Assembly (NCBI GenBank): GCA_963718615.1
Contig: OY970368.1
Span: 5,312,001 to 5,376,000, forward strand
Source of the DNA: an uncultured cyanobacterium
GTDB lineage: Bacteria > Cyanobacteriota > Cyanobacteriia > PCC-9006 > JAAUQQ01
Reading direction: 5' to 3'
DNA length: 64,000 bases
The notes under the pieces are model-generated. The model was not told the DNA's origin. It saw only the letters and a list, made by a program, of their open reading frames with translations, and made no database searches. Position 1 is the first letter of the stretch, and every line of letters starts with the position of its first letter. The position numbers and the translations under genes were made by a program. Below, piece after piece: positions 1 to 10,760 of the stretch.

Positions 1-1427
1 TTGAAGACCTGGCCCAGGGTTTGGGTCTCGACCGTTCCCTCCAAATTCGCTCGCACATCCAAGTCACCTGCCGTTGCCGACTCAGCCGTTCGAGTCAGGG
101 ACTGCAGCGGAGCCGCTAGCTGTCGAGCCAAGACCAAGAGCACCGCCGCCGCCGCCAACCCTAACAACACCGTCGTGGTGGCAAACACTCGGATCAGTTC
201 ATTCCCCGCCGATTCCACATCCGCCACATCAACGGAGGCGATCGTTACCCAGTTCGTGCCAGGAACCGTCGTTAAACTGTAGGTTTTGGTGCCAATTTCT
301 GTCAGCGCGGTCAGAATTTTTTGCCCTTCAGCCGCTTCTAGAATCTGAAGCTGTAGAGACGCTAAATTCAAGTTTTGGACCAAGGTCGCTTGATGCTGTT
401 CCGCCGTTGCCCCTTCTTGCTTGAGCTCCTCCTGTAGGGCAAAGGCCAAACCGGCAATCGTCGAGCCCCCAATAATTTCAGTTCCCCCCGATGAAACCCC
501 ATCTGGTTCAATTCGGTTAAAGGGAATTCCGGTTTGAGCATCCACCACCTGAACCGCCTGAGAGGCCCCGACGGCACTGGATTTGATCGATGTGGCGATC
601 TGTTTGTCCATGGGCTCAGTCGGCACCAAGGCTTTGACCACCCCCATAAATTCTCCGGTTTTGGGGTCGGAAATAGCCCGCGACAGGGAAACCCCCATTT
701 GATTGGAGGTTCGTTCCAATTCCGGTGGACCAATATGCTGGCCCTCCTGTTTTGCCGTTTGCCACCAGCGTTCGTCTTGCTGGGCAAAGTCTGGCGTGGG
801 CGTACTGTAGGCCACGTTAAATCCTAACCGTTCCGTGAAGAAGATATCGCTAAAGTCTTCAACTTTGGCCACATCGGCCAAATACTCGTTCAATCCGAGA
901 TTGTTGTTCAGCAGTTTCGTTGCCGCAAAGGCTGCTTCTAAATCGCCAATCGATCGCTGGGCCAATCCTTCTGCCTCGGCTTTTTGGGTCGATTCCTTCA
1001 GGGCCTGCCTGACATCGGGGTTTACCGCAATCACTGCTGTAGTTTGAAAGCCGTCTTCTACAAAGATTGAGGCCACGTTAGCCGCCAAGAACGATTCCTC
1101 TTCAAGCAGCGTCAGTGCTTCACCCTGGGCCCGCTGCTTCTCCGCCTGAAATCCTAGAAAGCCTGCAATCACCAGCGGAATCAACGTGGTGGGCAGCAGC
1201 GTCAGCAATAAGCGTTGGCTGAGGTTTGTGCCTTTGCGAGGCGCAAAGGATTTGGTTTCCAGTAATGTGCCTTGCAGGGCCTCTATTGACGCAATTCCTG
1301 GGTCTTCTGAAAGCCCTGCTTCAGAGGCCTCTACTTCTAGGGAAGCAGGAGATGGCTCAGCCCACTGGGTTTCTGGCTCGACGGAGGAGGGGATATCCAT
1401 GGATGAGGACAGGTTTTGGGAAGCCAT
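1..1427 (-). CDS. Methyl-accepting chemotaxis protein (PilJ/PixJ-like), N-terminal part; runs off the left edge
   Basis: Not in the ORF track. Manual minus-strand translation from ATG 1427 gives MASQNLSS..., TM1 (LLLTLLPTTLIPLVIAGFLG), a periplasmic Cache-like region, TM2 (VFATTTVLLGLAAAAVLLVL) and a HAMP domain (PLQSLTRTAESATAGDLDVRA...ETQTLGQVF). It lies directly downstream of cheW. Confidence 0.85.
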   Translation of the reverse strand, partial: MASQNLSSSMDIPSSVEPETQWAEPSPASLEVEASEAGLSEDPGIASIEALQGTLLETKSFAPRKGTNLSQRLLLTLLPTTLIPLVIAGFLGFQAEKQRAQGEALTLLEEESFLAANVASIFVEDGFQTTAVIAVNPDVRQALKESTQKAEAEGLAQRSIGDLEAAFAATKLLNNNLGLNEYLADVAKVEDFSDIFFTERLGFNVAYSTPTPDFAQQDERWWQTAKQEGQHIGPPELERTSNQMGVSLSRAISDPKTGEFMGVVKALVPTEPMDKQIATSIKSSAVGASQAVQVVDAQTGIPFNRIEPDGVSSGGTEIIGGSTIAGLAFALQEELKQEGATAEQHQATLVQNLNLASLQLQILEAAEGQKILTALTEIGTKTYSLTTVPGTNWVTIASVDVADVESAGNELIRVFATTTVLLGLAAAAVLLVLARQLAAPLQSLTRTAESATAGDLDVRANLEGTVETQTLGQVF

Positions 1428-1525
1428 TGCAATTGCCTTAAATGAACTGCCTTGAAGGTGAATAGCGGCCCCTACCTAGGGGCCAGAAAATGGGTCAAAG
1501 GCCGATGGGAATCGGTAAAACTGAG

Positions 1526-2137
1526 CTAGCGTTGCTCAGCATCCATTAAGCATTTGGCATGGGACAGCGCCTCCACACTCAAGACCATCAGTTCTTGGCC
1601 CTCTTCCCAAACTCGCCCCTGTAAATAGGGCAAAAGTTCTGGAGCGCATTCTCCGACGGGCGATTCCAGAGCATCTGCCGTGAGCCGAAGCGTGCCGCGA
1701 ATTTGCTGCACGGACAGTCCTAGCAAGGGGGTTTCAGAACCCAAATTTGGACTTCCGAGGGAGTTAGCTGGTAGCGTCTGGACCACAATCATTTCGTAAC
1801 GACGCGATCGCATCCGCTCCCCTGATAGTTCTAGGAGATGGGCTAAATCCACGGCCCAGAAGACCTTGCCCTTAGAACTCATTAAGCCCAAAACCGCAGA
1901 TGGCATATTGGGAATGGGGGTCATGCTTTCCGTCGGCAGCAGGAGGGTTTCTACCACCCGCTGGAGCGAAATCGCAGCTTGGATCTGGGGGCCGAGCTGA
2001 AACTTAAGGTACAGATCTCCCGTAGGCTGTTGCGGATTAAACAGCTCGGGCAGGAGTTGCTGCAGCCGGTCAATGGGTTTGGCAGGCGGTTTGGGGGTGG
2101 GGTTAGTGGCGTTAGCGGTGGACTTAGCGATGTGCAT
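1526..2137 (-). CDS. cheW: CheW-like adaptor protein
   Basis: TPIPNMPSAVLGLMSSKGKVFWAVDLAHLL CheW signature. Start moved to ATG 2137, just after the cheY-like stop. Confidence 0.9.
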   Translation of the reverse strand: MHIAKSTANATNPTPKPPAKPIDRLQQLLPELFNPQQPTGDLYLKFQLGPQIQAAISLQRVVETLLLPTESMTPIPNMPSAVLGLMSSKGKVFWAVDLAHLLELSGERMRSRRYEMIVVQTLPANSLGSPNLGSETPLLGLSVQQIRGTLRLTADALESPVGECAPELLPYLQGRVWEEGQELMVLSVEALSHAKCLMDAEQR

Positions 2138-2141
2138 GGAC

Positions 2142-2507
2142 CTAGAGGGCAACGGAACGAACGGCATCAACCAGTTGAGCTTCAGTGCAGGGTTTGACCA
2201 CGTAGGCGGCGACCCCTTGTTTTTTGGCCCAGGTTTGGTCCATTTTGCGATCTTTGGTTGTGCAGGCCACCACAGGAATGTTGGCCGTCTCTGGGGCACG
2301 CTTGAGCTCGCGGCAGAGCTCTAGTCCGGTAAATTCCGGCATCACTAGGTCTGTGACGATGATGTCTGGCTTATTCAGCTTGATTTTTTCGAGCGCGATC
2401 GCCCCACTTTCTGCTGTCGAAACAATATACCCAGCTCGCTCTAAATAATTGGCAATCAATTGGAGCTGAGATTGCATGTCATCAACAACAAGTACAGTCT
2501 TAGGCAT
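2142..2507 (-). CDS. Single-domain CheY-like response regulator (PilH/PixH type)
   Basis: VLVVDD, phosphoacceptor in IVTDLVMP, and KP motif. Confidence 0.92.
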   Translation of the reverse strand: MPKTVLVVDDMQSQLQLIANYLERAGYIVSTAESGAIALEKIKLNKPDIIVTDLVMPEFTGLELCRELKRAPETANIPVVACTTKDRKMDQTWAKKQGVAAYVVKPCTEAQLVDAVRSVAL

Positions 2508-2611
2508 GGTGTTCTCTCTAAACAAATCGGGTGGAATAAAAAGTTGTTGAGTTAATCAATCGACTCAGGCTGGGAGCGATCGCCAAGATTCATCTTTTCC
2601 TACAAATACCC

Positions 2612-3880
2612 TCACATCCCACGGGAAGAAACAGATTTATTCAAATGGGTATTAACAATCGCCAGCAGCCCTTCCCGAGTAAAGGGTTTGGTTAAATAAT
2701 CCGTTGCCCCTGAAGATTCTGCTTTGGCTTTGTCCAAAACACCGGTATTTCCACTGACCATAATGATGGGTAAATCCTTAAACACGGAGCTGCGTCGCAG
2801 GATTTGACAGAGGCGATTACCGTTAATTCCCGGCATCGAGACATCCATTAGAATGAGGTCAGGTTTCATCGCAAACAAAGCTGACAGAGATTCCATCGGG
2901 TTTTCGACTGTGGTTATCTCAAATTGCTCGCTACCTAAGTATTGCTGAATCGTATCCAACATCGCTGGACTATCATCAATACAAACAATTTTGTAAACGG
3001 GCTGGGATGGCATCAAAGGATTAATCAAGGGCGCTGCTTCAGAACGCTCCATTGGCGCTGTTCCACCAGGCTTTCTCGGACGCCGACGACGCTCGATTCG
3101 GGGGGGAATCGGTGGCAATGTACTAAAGGGAATTTGAGGCGATCGCAGCGCCAAAATTCCCTTGTCAAGAAAGGGATGCAACAACTGCGCAACCTTAAGA
3201 TCATCCTGCTTTAAGAACAATGAGAGCTTGCGCAAGCTTGCCCCTTGCATAAGCTTAACCAGCATGTTCAAGACATCCTGCGACAGCAGAGCACCTGGAA
3301 CCGCTTGATGAAGCTGACTGGGATCGGGGCAATAGGGCTGTTGATAGGGCGAGGTGATCAACGGCCAAAGCCTCTGCCAAGCCTGTTGTCGGGTTTCTAG
3401 ACGATCGAGCACCTCCGATAAGCGAGACAAGCGGTCTAGCTCTAAGGGATAGGCCGGAACTGCCGGAGTTGTCTGCCACTGAGAAGATCCTTGGGGCAGC
3501 CATAGCAAGTATTCCAGAGCATCCTCCGAAACTGCCAGCAGCAGGTTCGTGAGCTGGGGCGAAGTGAGCAATCCTTCGTTCAGGAGGACGGTAGCCGCTT
3601 GGACAATCCATGGGGCCTGACTTTCGCCGAGTCCCCTGCGAGCAGCATCCGCTTGGGTTAATTTCCGCGCGGATTGAGCTGCCCTATCATGACCCAACTT
3701 GAGCAAATGATATTCTAGGGTTTCTAAGGATTGGACTGAATGGAGTGCGTATTGCAACCGACCTTGCAGCAAAGAAACATCCCAAGTGATTCCGTTGCTC
3801 GTCACGGTGAGATGACCGCTGCTTAAGGGCAGTGCAATCTCTCGACAAAGTGCTAGGGCATTGAAACTGTTGGTCATCAC
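2612..3880 (-). CDS. PatA-family response regulator (PilG/PixG type)
   Basis: N-terminal PATAN-like region plus C-terminal receiver (VCIDDS, LMDVSMP, YLTKPF). First gene of the taxis operon. Confidence 0.9.
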   Translation of the reverse strand: MMTNSFNALALCREIALPLSSGHLTVTSNGITWDVSLLQGRLQYALHSVQSLETLEYHLLKLGHDRAAQSARKLTQADAARRGLGESQAPWIVQAATVLLNEGLLTSPQLTNLLLAVSEDALEYLLWLPQGSSQWQTTPAVPAYPLELDRLSRLSEVLDRLETRQQAWQRLWPLITSPYQQPYCPDPSQLHQAVPGALLSQDVLNMLVKLMQGASLRKLSLFLKQDDLKVAQLLHPFLDKGILALRSPQIPFSTLPPIPPRIERRRRPRKPGGTAPMERSEAAPLINPLMPSQPVYKIVCIDDSPAMLDTIQQYLGSEQFEITTVENPMESLSALFAMKPDLILMDVSMPGINGNRLCQILRRSSVFKDLPIIMVSGNTGVLDKAKAESSGATDYLTKPFTREGLLAIVNTHLNKSVSSRGM

Positions 3881-4349
3881 GAACCTACAAGGCCTTCCTC
3901 AGCCAAAATCATCAGTGTGCTACTGCCAAGAGAACTTGAAAAATACGTAAACAAAGTACGTATTTACACGCGACGAAAATCGCGATCGCAGTTGACGTAT
4001 CCCGAAATACACCTGACCCCTAGACCCGTTAGGTAAACGCCTTACCAACAACTCTGACTTCAAGATGGCCTAGAGTTGGGGGTCAGCCATCCCTCGACCT
4101 TAAGTTGCCCAAGCGATCGACCGAGATCACAGTTCGGCCTATTAAGATTTCTGTTGATTTTGCCGCAGGCTCAGGGTTCACAGGAACATCCCAGGGTTCC
4201 TTAACATCTATGCCATCAGGACCCGTTCAAGGAGCCGTTAAATTTCCAACGCTTTGCTGAGCGGGTATTGCCAGTCCGATTTGAATCACAGACGAGACGC
4301 ACTGTCTTTTCTATCATAGAAGTATCACCGTCGCATTCCTCCCAGGGTC

Positions 4350-5003
4350 ATGGCTAGAAAATCCGTTCAGGCGACGAATTCATCCCTTTGTTTTCCGACG
4401 CCCCCTTCTCCAATCAAGTCCTCTCCGGGTCGCCGCCGCAGCGAGGTTTCCCACCAGGCCATTCTGAAAGCAGCAGCGGAGCTGTTAGACGAAGAGGGCT
4501 ATGTGGGGATGAGCATTGAGGCGATCGCCCGTCGAGCCGGTGTCGGTAAACAAACCATCTACCGCTGGTGGCCGTCCAAAGCCGCAGTGGTTTTGGAGTC
4601 TTATTACAACCAAGTGGATCAGGCTCTAAGTCTGCCCAATACGGGGTCGGTGGCCCAGGATCTGACGCAGGTTGTTCGGCAACTGCTGCAACGGCTGACC
4701 AGTAGCGCGGCTGCCAAGGCCATGGCAGGCATCCTGGCAGAGGCCCAGGCAGATCCCAACTTAGCTCAAGCCTTCCGCGACAAACTCATTGCCAGCCGTC
4801 GAGCCATTATCCAGGCGATTTTGCGGCAAGGCATCGCACGCGGTGAGTTACGGGACGATCTCGACATCGAGCTCACCACGGATTTAATCTACGGACCGGT
4901 TTGGTATCGTCTGCTCTTGGGTCACGCTCCTCTCGATGAAGCCTTTGCTTGCTCTTTGGTGGATGAACTCCTGATTGGTCTCCAATCCTTTGAAGAAGAC
5001 TAA
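4350..5003 (+). CDS. TetR/AcrR family transcriptional regulator
   Basis: SIEAIARRAGVGKQTIYRWWPSK helix-turn-helix. Confidence 0.95.
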   Translation: MARKSVQATNSSLCFPTPPSPIKSSPGRRRSEVSHQAILKAAAELLDEEGYVGMSIEAIARRAGVGKQTIYRWWPSKAAVVLESYYNQVDQALSLPNTGSVAQDLTQVVRQLLQRLTSSAAAKAMAGILAEAQADPNLAQAFRDKLIASRRAIIQAILRQGIARGELRDDLDIELTTDLIYGPVWYRLLLGHAPLDEAFACSLVDELLIGLQSFEED

Positions 5004-5249
5004 AGGGGAATAAAGGCCAGGTTGTGGGGGAATCACAACCTGACGAACCCTGAAGCAAGTCCTGTCGGTTTTGTCCAGAAACCGACAGTCCACTCATCCC
5101 AGGAAAAACCCCGGATGATTCGTGTAGGAAAGAGCTTCACTCACCGTCTGGGGCAATCAGGTATTTTTTTCAGAAAAGCATAAAGAAAGGAAACATTGTT
5201 TTAAGTCACGCTAGACCCGTGTGCTAAACCCGTGTGCTGGACCAATGCA

Positions 5250-6458
5250 CTAGACAAAAATAACGTCCCGTCCTAGGGAAAAGTCGGTGGTATCTTGCAG
5301 GATTCCGACAATATCGCCATCCAGTGTAATGAGAGTATCAACGGCGGTTGAGCCGACGCCAAATTCGCCAAAACTGAGTTGATAAAATCCTCCGGTATTG
5401 GCGAGGAAAACAAAATCGTCCGCTGGATTAAAATCAGTGATCACCGCGAAGGAGTTGTCATAAACCACGCCATTGTCAAGATAGTAGGCCCCGGCTTCAT
5501 CTCCTAAGACAAACCAGTCCATCCCGCTGCCGCCGGTCAAAAAATCAATTTCATTCATCTGGCCGCCATAGCCCACAAGGGCGTCGACCCCACTGCCCCC
5601 TAGCAGCTCATCGCTGCCGGTGCCGCCTTCGAGCCAGTCATCCCCTTGGCCACCGCTGAGAAAATCGTCCCCTGCACCGCCTTGAATTTCGTCATCCCCG
5701 CCTTCTCCAAATAGGAAGTTGGCCGCTTGATCGCCGGTAATGCGATCGCCCAGTTCCGTCCCAATCACATCCGCAAACTGGGTCACTTTCAGCTCTAAAA
5801 CCGCCGCAAAATCCGTATTCAAAACCGTCAAGCGGTTCTCAGACAAATCCACATCCAGCGAGACATCCAAAGCGCCACCGCCATCAATCAGGCTAAAGCG
5901 ATTCGTCGGTGCAATAATTTCTTCAATATGGCGGAGCTGATCTGTGCCATAAAAACCCTTATCCACCGAACCATCCAGGGACAAAACCAGGGTTTCATCC
6001 AGCTCGTCGTAATTCACCACATCCCAATGATCTCCCCCATCGAGGATGTCATTCCCTGCTGAGCCCCGAAAGAAATCGGAGCCCCCCAATCCCGCTAAAA
6101 AGTTATTGCCGGAATTGCCAATCAGCCAGTTGTCGAGAGAATTGCCAATGCCGCTGAGATGGCCATTGCCCAGGAGCACCAAGCCTTCAACCTGCTCGCT
6201 AAGGGTATAGCTGACCGTCGTCAAAACTTCATCGGAGCCGCCATCGGCCAGTTCTACGATGGCATCGCCGGGAGAATCGACAAAATAGCGATCGTTGCCC
6301 GCTCCGCCCAGGAGGATGTCATACCCCAGACCGCCGTCGAGGATATCGTTGCCAGAGCCGCCGAAGAGGGTATCGTTGCCTGCATCTCCATTGATTGTGT
6401 CATCATCGTGGGTTCCCGTAAGAACATCATCGAATGCTGTGCCATTGAGGTTAGCCAT
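5250..6458 (-). CDS. RTX/hemolysin-type calcium-binding repeat protein
   Basis: Many GGxGxDxLx nonapeptides; very acidic. Confidence 0.9.
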   Translation of the reverse strand: MANLNGTAFDDVLTGTHDDDTINGDAGNDTLFGGSGNDILDGGLGYDILLGGAGNDRYFVDSPGDAIVELADGGSDEVLTTVSYTLSEQVEGLVLLGNGHLSGIGNSLDNWLIGNSGNNFLAGLGGSDFFRGSAGNDILDGGDHWDVVNYDELDETLVLSLDGSVDKGFYGTDQLRHIEEIIAPTNRFSLIDGGGALDVSLDVDLSENRLTVLNTDFAAVLELKVTQFADVIGTELGDRITGDQAANFLFGEGGDDEIQGGAGDDFLSGGQGDDWLEGGTGSDELLGGSGVDALVGYGGQMNEIDFLTGGSGMDWFVLGDEAGAYYLDNGVVYDNSFAVITDFNPADDFVFLANTGGFYQLSFGEFGVGSTAVDTLITLDGDIVGILQDTTDFSLGRDVIFV

Positions 6459-6762
6459 GAGCGTCCTGACTGATTAAACGAACAACAAATCTCAACTGCA
6501 AAAACTATCAACCGCAAAATTATCCGCTGAACCCATGCAGTGAGGGGCGATCGCCCACCGGTTTATCTTCCTAGGACAAACCGGTTTTGCGGGCGATCGA
6601 GGGCTGTGATTCCCTGCAATGGCTATTCGGTCCCAAAAATAAAAATTATTCAGTTCAGCCCTAGGGTGAATTCCCAAGACGCCGATGTATGCCCCCTGAA
6701 AGACGGCAAGGGCAGGGCACAAAAGCAAGGATAGTAAGAGAAATCTACATCCAGAAACCATC

Positions 6763-7413
6763 ATGACGAACTTTTTCTCCCCCCGCTGGCTCTCGATTCT
6801 GGGCGTGACGGTGACTAGCCTCGGTGTTGGCTCTTTGACTCCCCTCCCCGCCAAGGCCCAAACCAATAGCGGTGCGCTTAATCCTTGCCCCCAAATTTAT
6901 TATGAAGAGCCATTTAATCGCCGATTTCTCTCGCCAGAAGGTTGTCCTGCCAACCTTGCACGCCAAACGGAAATGACCAACGGAGTCACCCAGCCCAGCC
7001 TCTTGCCCGCAACCCCCCTGCCCTCGACGACGTTGCCGTCACCCAGCAGCAGTGGCCTAGGAGTTATTCAGCCCCCGTTGCCGGAAGATCAAGGCGTGGC
7101 GATCGCCACGATCCAACCCACCAATCAACAGGTTGCAGTGCGACTCATTAATCAAACTAACGCCTCGGTTACCTACGAAGTCATTGGTGATACTAACCGT
7201 CGCACCCTGATGGGAGGCGAAACCGTCTCGCTCACCGGCCTGCCGCTGCCAAGCACGATCACGGCGGTTCGCGCCGATGGGGGATTGCTAGATTTCAAAG
7301 CAATGAATCAAGGCGAAGGCCAGCTCGACGTGATGCTTAGCGCCGACCCAACCTTTGACGATATTCAAGGCGTCTTGCGGATTCAGGCTGATGGTCAGGT
7401 TTTTATCAATTAA
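6763..7413 (+). CDS. Secreted hypothetical protein
   Basis: Signal peptide ending AKA-Q, a CP...GCP pair, a Pro/Ser-rich linker and a beta-rich C-terminus. Confidence 0.75.
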   Translation: MTNFFSPRWLSILGVTVTSLGVGSLTPLPAKAQTNSGALNPCPQIYYEEPFNRRFLSPEGCPANLARQTEMTNGVTQPSLLPATPLPSTTLPSPSSSGLGVIQPPLPEDQGVAIATIQPTNQQVAVRLINQTNASVTYEVIGDTNRRTLMGGETVSLTGLPLPSTITAVRADGGLLDFKAMNQGEGQLDVMLSADPTFDDIQGVLRIQADGQVFIN

Positions 7414-7874
7414 AACGAGCTACGTAACTTATCCAGGAGAAACCGCAGTTGCTCTATCTCGGACGGTTCTAGGTGTTCAAAATACTGCTTCAGATGGGCA
7501 ATTTGGGACGGAAAAATTCTGTTAAAGACAGCCTCTCCGGTTTCCGTCAGCACCAGCCGAAAACTGCGGCGATTTTCCGGGGGAACCTCCCGCCGAACCA
7601 GCCCTTTCTGTTCCAATCGATCGACAATGCCCGTTAGTGTTCCTTTCGTAACCAGAGTCTTTGCCGCCACTTCTTTCATCGTCATGCCCGCCGTTCCCCC
7701 CAAGGTTGCAATCACATCAAATTGGGGAGACGTTAAACCCATCTGCCGAATATGGCGATCTGAACATCCATAGAAGGCTTGATAGGCCTGGGCTAAAGCT
7801 CGCATTGTAGGAATAAAGGCTTCACGAGCCGCAGCAGTGGGAGTGTAGGTCTGTTGGGAATCCACAAATGGCAT
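7410..7874 (-). CDS. MarR family transcriptional regulator
   Basis: TKGTLTGIVDRLEQKGLVRR...RRSFRLVLTETG winged helix. Confidence 0.93.
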   Translation of the reverse strand: MPFVDSQQTYTPTAAAREAFIPTMRALAQAYQAFYGCSDRHIRQMGLTSPQFDVIATLGGTAGMTMKEVAAKTLVTKGTLTGIVDRLEQKGLVRREVPPENRRSFRLVLTETGEAVFNRIFPSQIAHLKQYFEHLEPSEIEQLRFLLDKLRSSF

Positions 7875-7989
7875 GCAATCCGCTAACGAAAAACGGTCTG
7901 TTTGCTAAACAGACTGTCCTACTCTATCGCGATCGCCCCACAACCCTCTAAAAGTTCATGGATAATCCCATCCTCAACCCACAAAACAG

Positions 7990-8583
7990 TCAATCGCTGT
8001 AACGCTCCTCCGCAAAAGGTTCGCCCCGCATATGGTAACCATTGCGTTCCCAAAAGCCGGGTTCATCCGCTGCCAAAAATTCCAAACCGTTGAGCCACTT
8101 GCCACTTTTCCAGGCGTAAAGATGGGGGACAACGAGGCGCAAAGGTCCTCCGTGATCGGCGGCTAGAGGCTCGCCCAAAACCTCGTAGGCCAGGAAATTA
8201 TCTTCTCGTATAAAATCTTCAAGTCTCAAGTTTGTTGTGTAGCCACCGTAGCAATGTTGCATCACGGCTGTCGCTTCGGCAGAGAGTTCGATCCGCGCCA
8301 TGAGATCGGTCACCTTGACACCGCGCCAAGAGACATCCAGCTTTGACCAGCGCGTCACGCAATGAAAGTCCGCCGTAAATTCAGACTGGGGCATGGCCAT
8401 TAAATCAGCCCAGGTCAACACTTGAGGCGTTGCCAAGCCACGAATTTCTAATTGCCAGTCCTCACGCCTCACCAACGGCGTTTCACCATAGGTCAAGACC
8501 GGAAATCCACTGGCTAAATGCTGGCCAGCGGGAACGCGGTCCTGTAAATCAGGGTCGGGTTTAGAGAAAAACTTGCCAGCCAT
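7990..8583 (-). CDS. Sulfite-oxidase-like molybdopterin oxidoreductase
   Basis: DFHCVTRWS, HGGPLRLVVPHLYAWKS and GFWERNGYH motifs. Confidence 0.9.
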   Translation of the reverse strand: MAGKFFSKPDPDLQDRVPAGQHLASGFPVLTYGETPLVRREDWQLEIRGLATPQVLTWADLMAMPQSEFTADFHCVTRWSKLDVSWRGVKVTDLMARIELSAEATAVMQHCYGGYTTNLRLEDFIREDNFLAYEVLGEPLAADHGGPLRLVVPHLYAWKSGKWLNGLEFLAADEPGFWERNGYHMRGEPFAEERYSD

Positions 8584-8758
8584 CCTGTGAGCCGCTCCTG
8601 TATTGGGTCCAGGTCTGTAGGTTTCATCGTTATATTTTATAGTTTAGCGCCCCGGTTGGTCCTCAGGAGACGGGGGTGGTCGGGTCGAGCCGGATTTTTG
8701 GGCCATTGCCAATTTGCGGTAGAGTCACAAACAGGCATTGCACAATAGGCTGGGCGAT

Positions 8759-10618
8759 ATGGCTCGGGGACTTTTGGAGATAGGGCGATCCGTAGGCGCT
8801 TGGCAACGCCAATCGCGTCTCTCGAAACGCATTGTGCTGTCGGTTTTTGCTGCGATCGTGGGCATTGAAACCGTGATCCTGATTCCCTCGGTCTACCGGC
8901 GGGAGCAAGAATTATTAGCCCATCTCCAAGAATTGTCTGCTGCCACGCTGCAAGGTATTTTGAGCGAGGCTGCGCCCAATCTGGATCAACTGTCTCCGGC
9001 GACGGTTTTGGATTGGGTGCGTCGGGCACAGCCGTTGCCCCAGGTGCGGGGCGGAACCCTGTACACCGCCCAAGGGCAGCGGGTGGGCTCCTTTGGCGAA
9101 GCACCAGTTTTGACCTTTGACCAAGTGCAGTCCCAAACCCATCGCACCTGGCTGGACCGGCGACAGCGCCGCTATGATGCCCTCTGGCAAATGTCGCCCT
9201 TGGAGGGTCGTTATCTGCTGATCGTTCGCCATGACACCACGGGCATCCAGGCCAAAGTTGTTGCCTTTATTGGGCGGATTGCAGGGCTGGTGGTGCTGAT
9301 CTCTGGGGTGGTGACCTGGGCGACGCTGGTGGTGTTGCAGTCAATTTTGATTGCGCCAATTTTGGCTTTACGTGACGATTTGTTGCGAGCAGCACCCGCT
9401 GCTCTCCAGGAGTCTTCGTTGGCCCCGCCAGAGTTTGCTTCCTCGGCGATCGCCCATCAAGATGACGAACTGGGCGAAGTGGTGATGGCCTTCCAGGAGA
9501 TGTTCGCGCAGATTTATCAGGCGATCGCCGAACGCCGCCAAGCGGAACAAAGCCTGCGGGAAAGCGAGACCCGATTTCGGACCTTGGTGGAACAGGCGGC
9601 GGAGGGCATTTTTGTGCTCGATCGCCAGGGAAACATCATTGACGTCAACCAGTTTGCGGCTCAGACGCTGGGCTATGGCCGAGATGAGCTTCTCCAGCTA
9701 TCCGTGGCGGATATTCATCCCCACTTTGACCCGCAGCAATTTGAGCAGCTTTGGCAGCAACTGAGTCAAGGCAAAACCAAAACCTTTGAAACGGAACATC
9801 AGCGGCAAAATGGAACGATTTTTCCGGTGGAGATCCGGGCGGGGATCATTATGACCGGGGGACAGCAGTTTGCCCTGGGGCTGGTGCGTGACATTAGCGA
9901 ACGGCGTCAAGCCGAAAAAGTGCGAACCCGCTTGGCGGAAATTGGCGAGCTGGCGGCGATGATTGTCCATGAGGTGCGTAATCCGCTGGCCACGGTGTTT
10001 ATGGCGCTGACGGGATTTAAGCGTTTTGATCTGCCTCGGGCAGGACAATTGCGACTCGAATTAGCCCTGGACGAAGCGGAGCGACTGCAGCGGTTGCTCA
10101 ACGAAATTTTGGCCTACGCGAAAGAACAGCGGTTGGCCGATGAGGCGATCGCCCTCAATGACCTGGTGGCCGGCCTAGTCGAACGGCTGCAAGGGCTCCC
10201 CGTCGCGCAAAAGCGAGGGATTCAGGTGTCGATGCCGGAGACCCGGATTTGGGTGCGGGGCGATCGCGACAAGCTCAAACAGGTGTTTATTAATTTGATT
10301 ACCAATGCCTGCGAAGCGATCCCAGAGGGCGAAACCGTCCATTGGTGGATCGAAACCGAGGCCCAGCAGGTGAAAATTTGCGTGCGCAATGGCGGTGAGC
10401 CGATCCCGCCGGAGATTTTGCCCAAGCTGACCCAGCCCTTTGTTTCGACCAAGGCTTCCGGGAATGGGTTGGGATTGGCGATTACCAAGCGGATTGTGGA
10501 GGCCCATGGGGGGAGGTTGGCGATCGCCTCCGATGGGGAAACCGGGACAACGATTACCGTTGTATTACCATCCGCACCTGACCTATCGAATCAAGAAGAA
10601 ACGCTACAAAATCCCTAA
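8759..10618 (+). CDS. Membrane sensor histidine kinase (HAMP-PAS-HisKA-HATPase)
   Basis: Two TM segments, a PAS domain, H-box HEVRNPL, N-box NLITNA and G-box GNGLGL. Confidence 0.93.
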   Translation: MARGLLEIGRSVGAWQRQSRLSKRIVLSVFAAIVGIETVILIPSVYRREQELLAHLQELSAATLQGILSEAAPNLDQLSPATVLDWVRRAQPLPQVRGGTLYTAQGQRVGSFGEAPVLTFDQVQSQTHRTWLDRRQRRYDALWQMSPLEGRYLLIVRHDTTGIQAKVVAFIGRIAGLVVLISGVVTWATLVVLQSILIAPILALRDDLLRAAPAALQESSLAPPEFASSAIAHQDDELGEVVMAFQEMFAQIYQAIAERRQAEQSLRESETRFRTLVEQAAEGIFVLDRQGNIIDVNQFAAQTLGYGRDELLQLSVADIHPHFDPQQFEQLWQQLSQGKTKTFETEHQRQNGTIFPVEIRAGIIMTGGQQFALGLVRDISERRQAEKVRTRLAEIGELAAMIVHEVRNPLATVFMALTGFKRFDLPRAGQLRLELALDEAERLQRLLNEILAYAKEQRLADEAIALNDLVAGLVERLQGLPVAQKRGIQVSMPETRIWVRGDRDKLKQVFINLITNACEAIPEGETVHWWIETEAQQVKICVRNGGEPIPPEILPKLTQPFVSTKASGNGLGLAITKRIVEAHGGRLAIASDGETGTTITVVLPSAPDLSNQEETLQNP

Positions 10619-10760
10619 GATTCGCGTTTTTCTGGGGGAAAGTGGTAGGTTGACTGGCAGGGTTTCTTCTATCAATCTTTTTGTCTCCGTGCAGCCGTCG
10701 TCCTTGCAGCCGCCTCTCTTACAGAATCCTTCCCTCTCCCACCCCCAGGCCAGTCCAGCG

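Noticed and set aside
3945-3970. NtcA site upstream of the patA-like gene
   Set aside because: GTA...TAC spacing is 7 rather than 8, and the alternative register has a mismatch.
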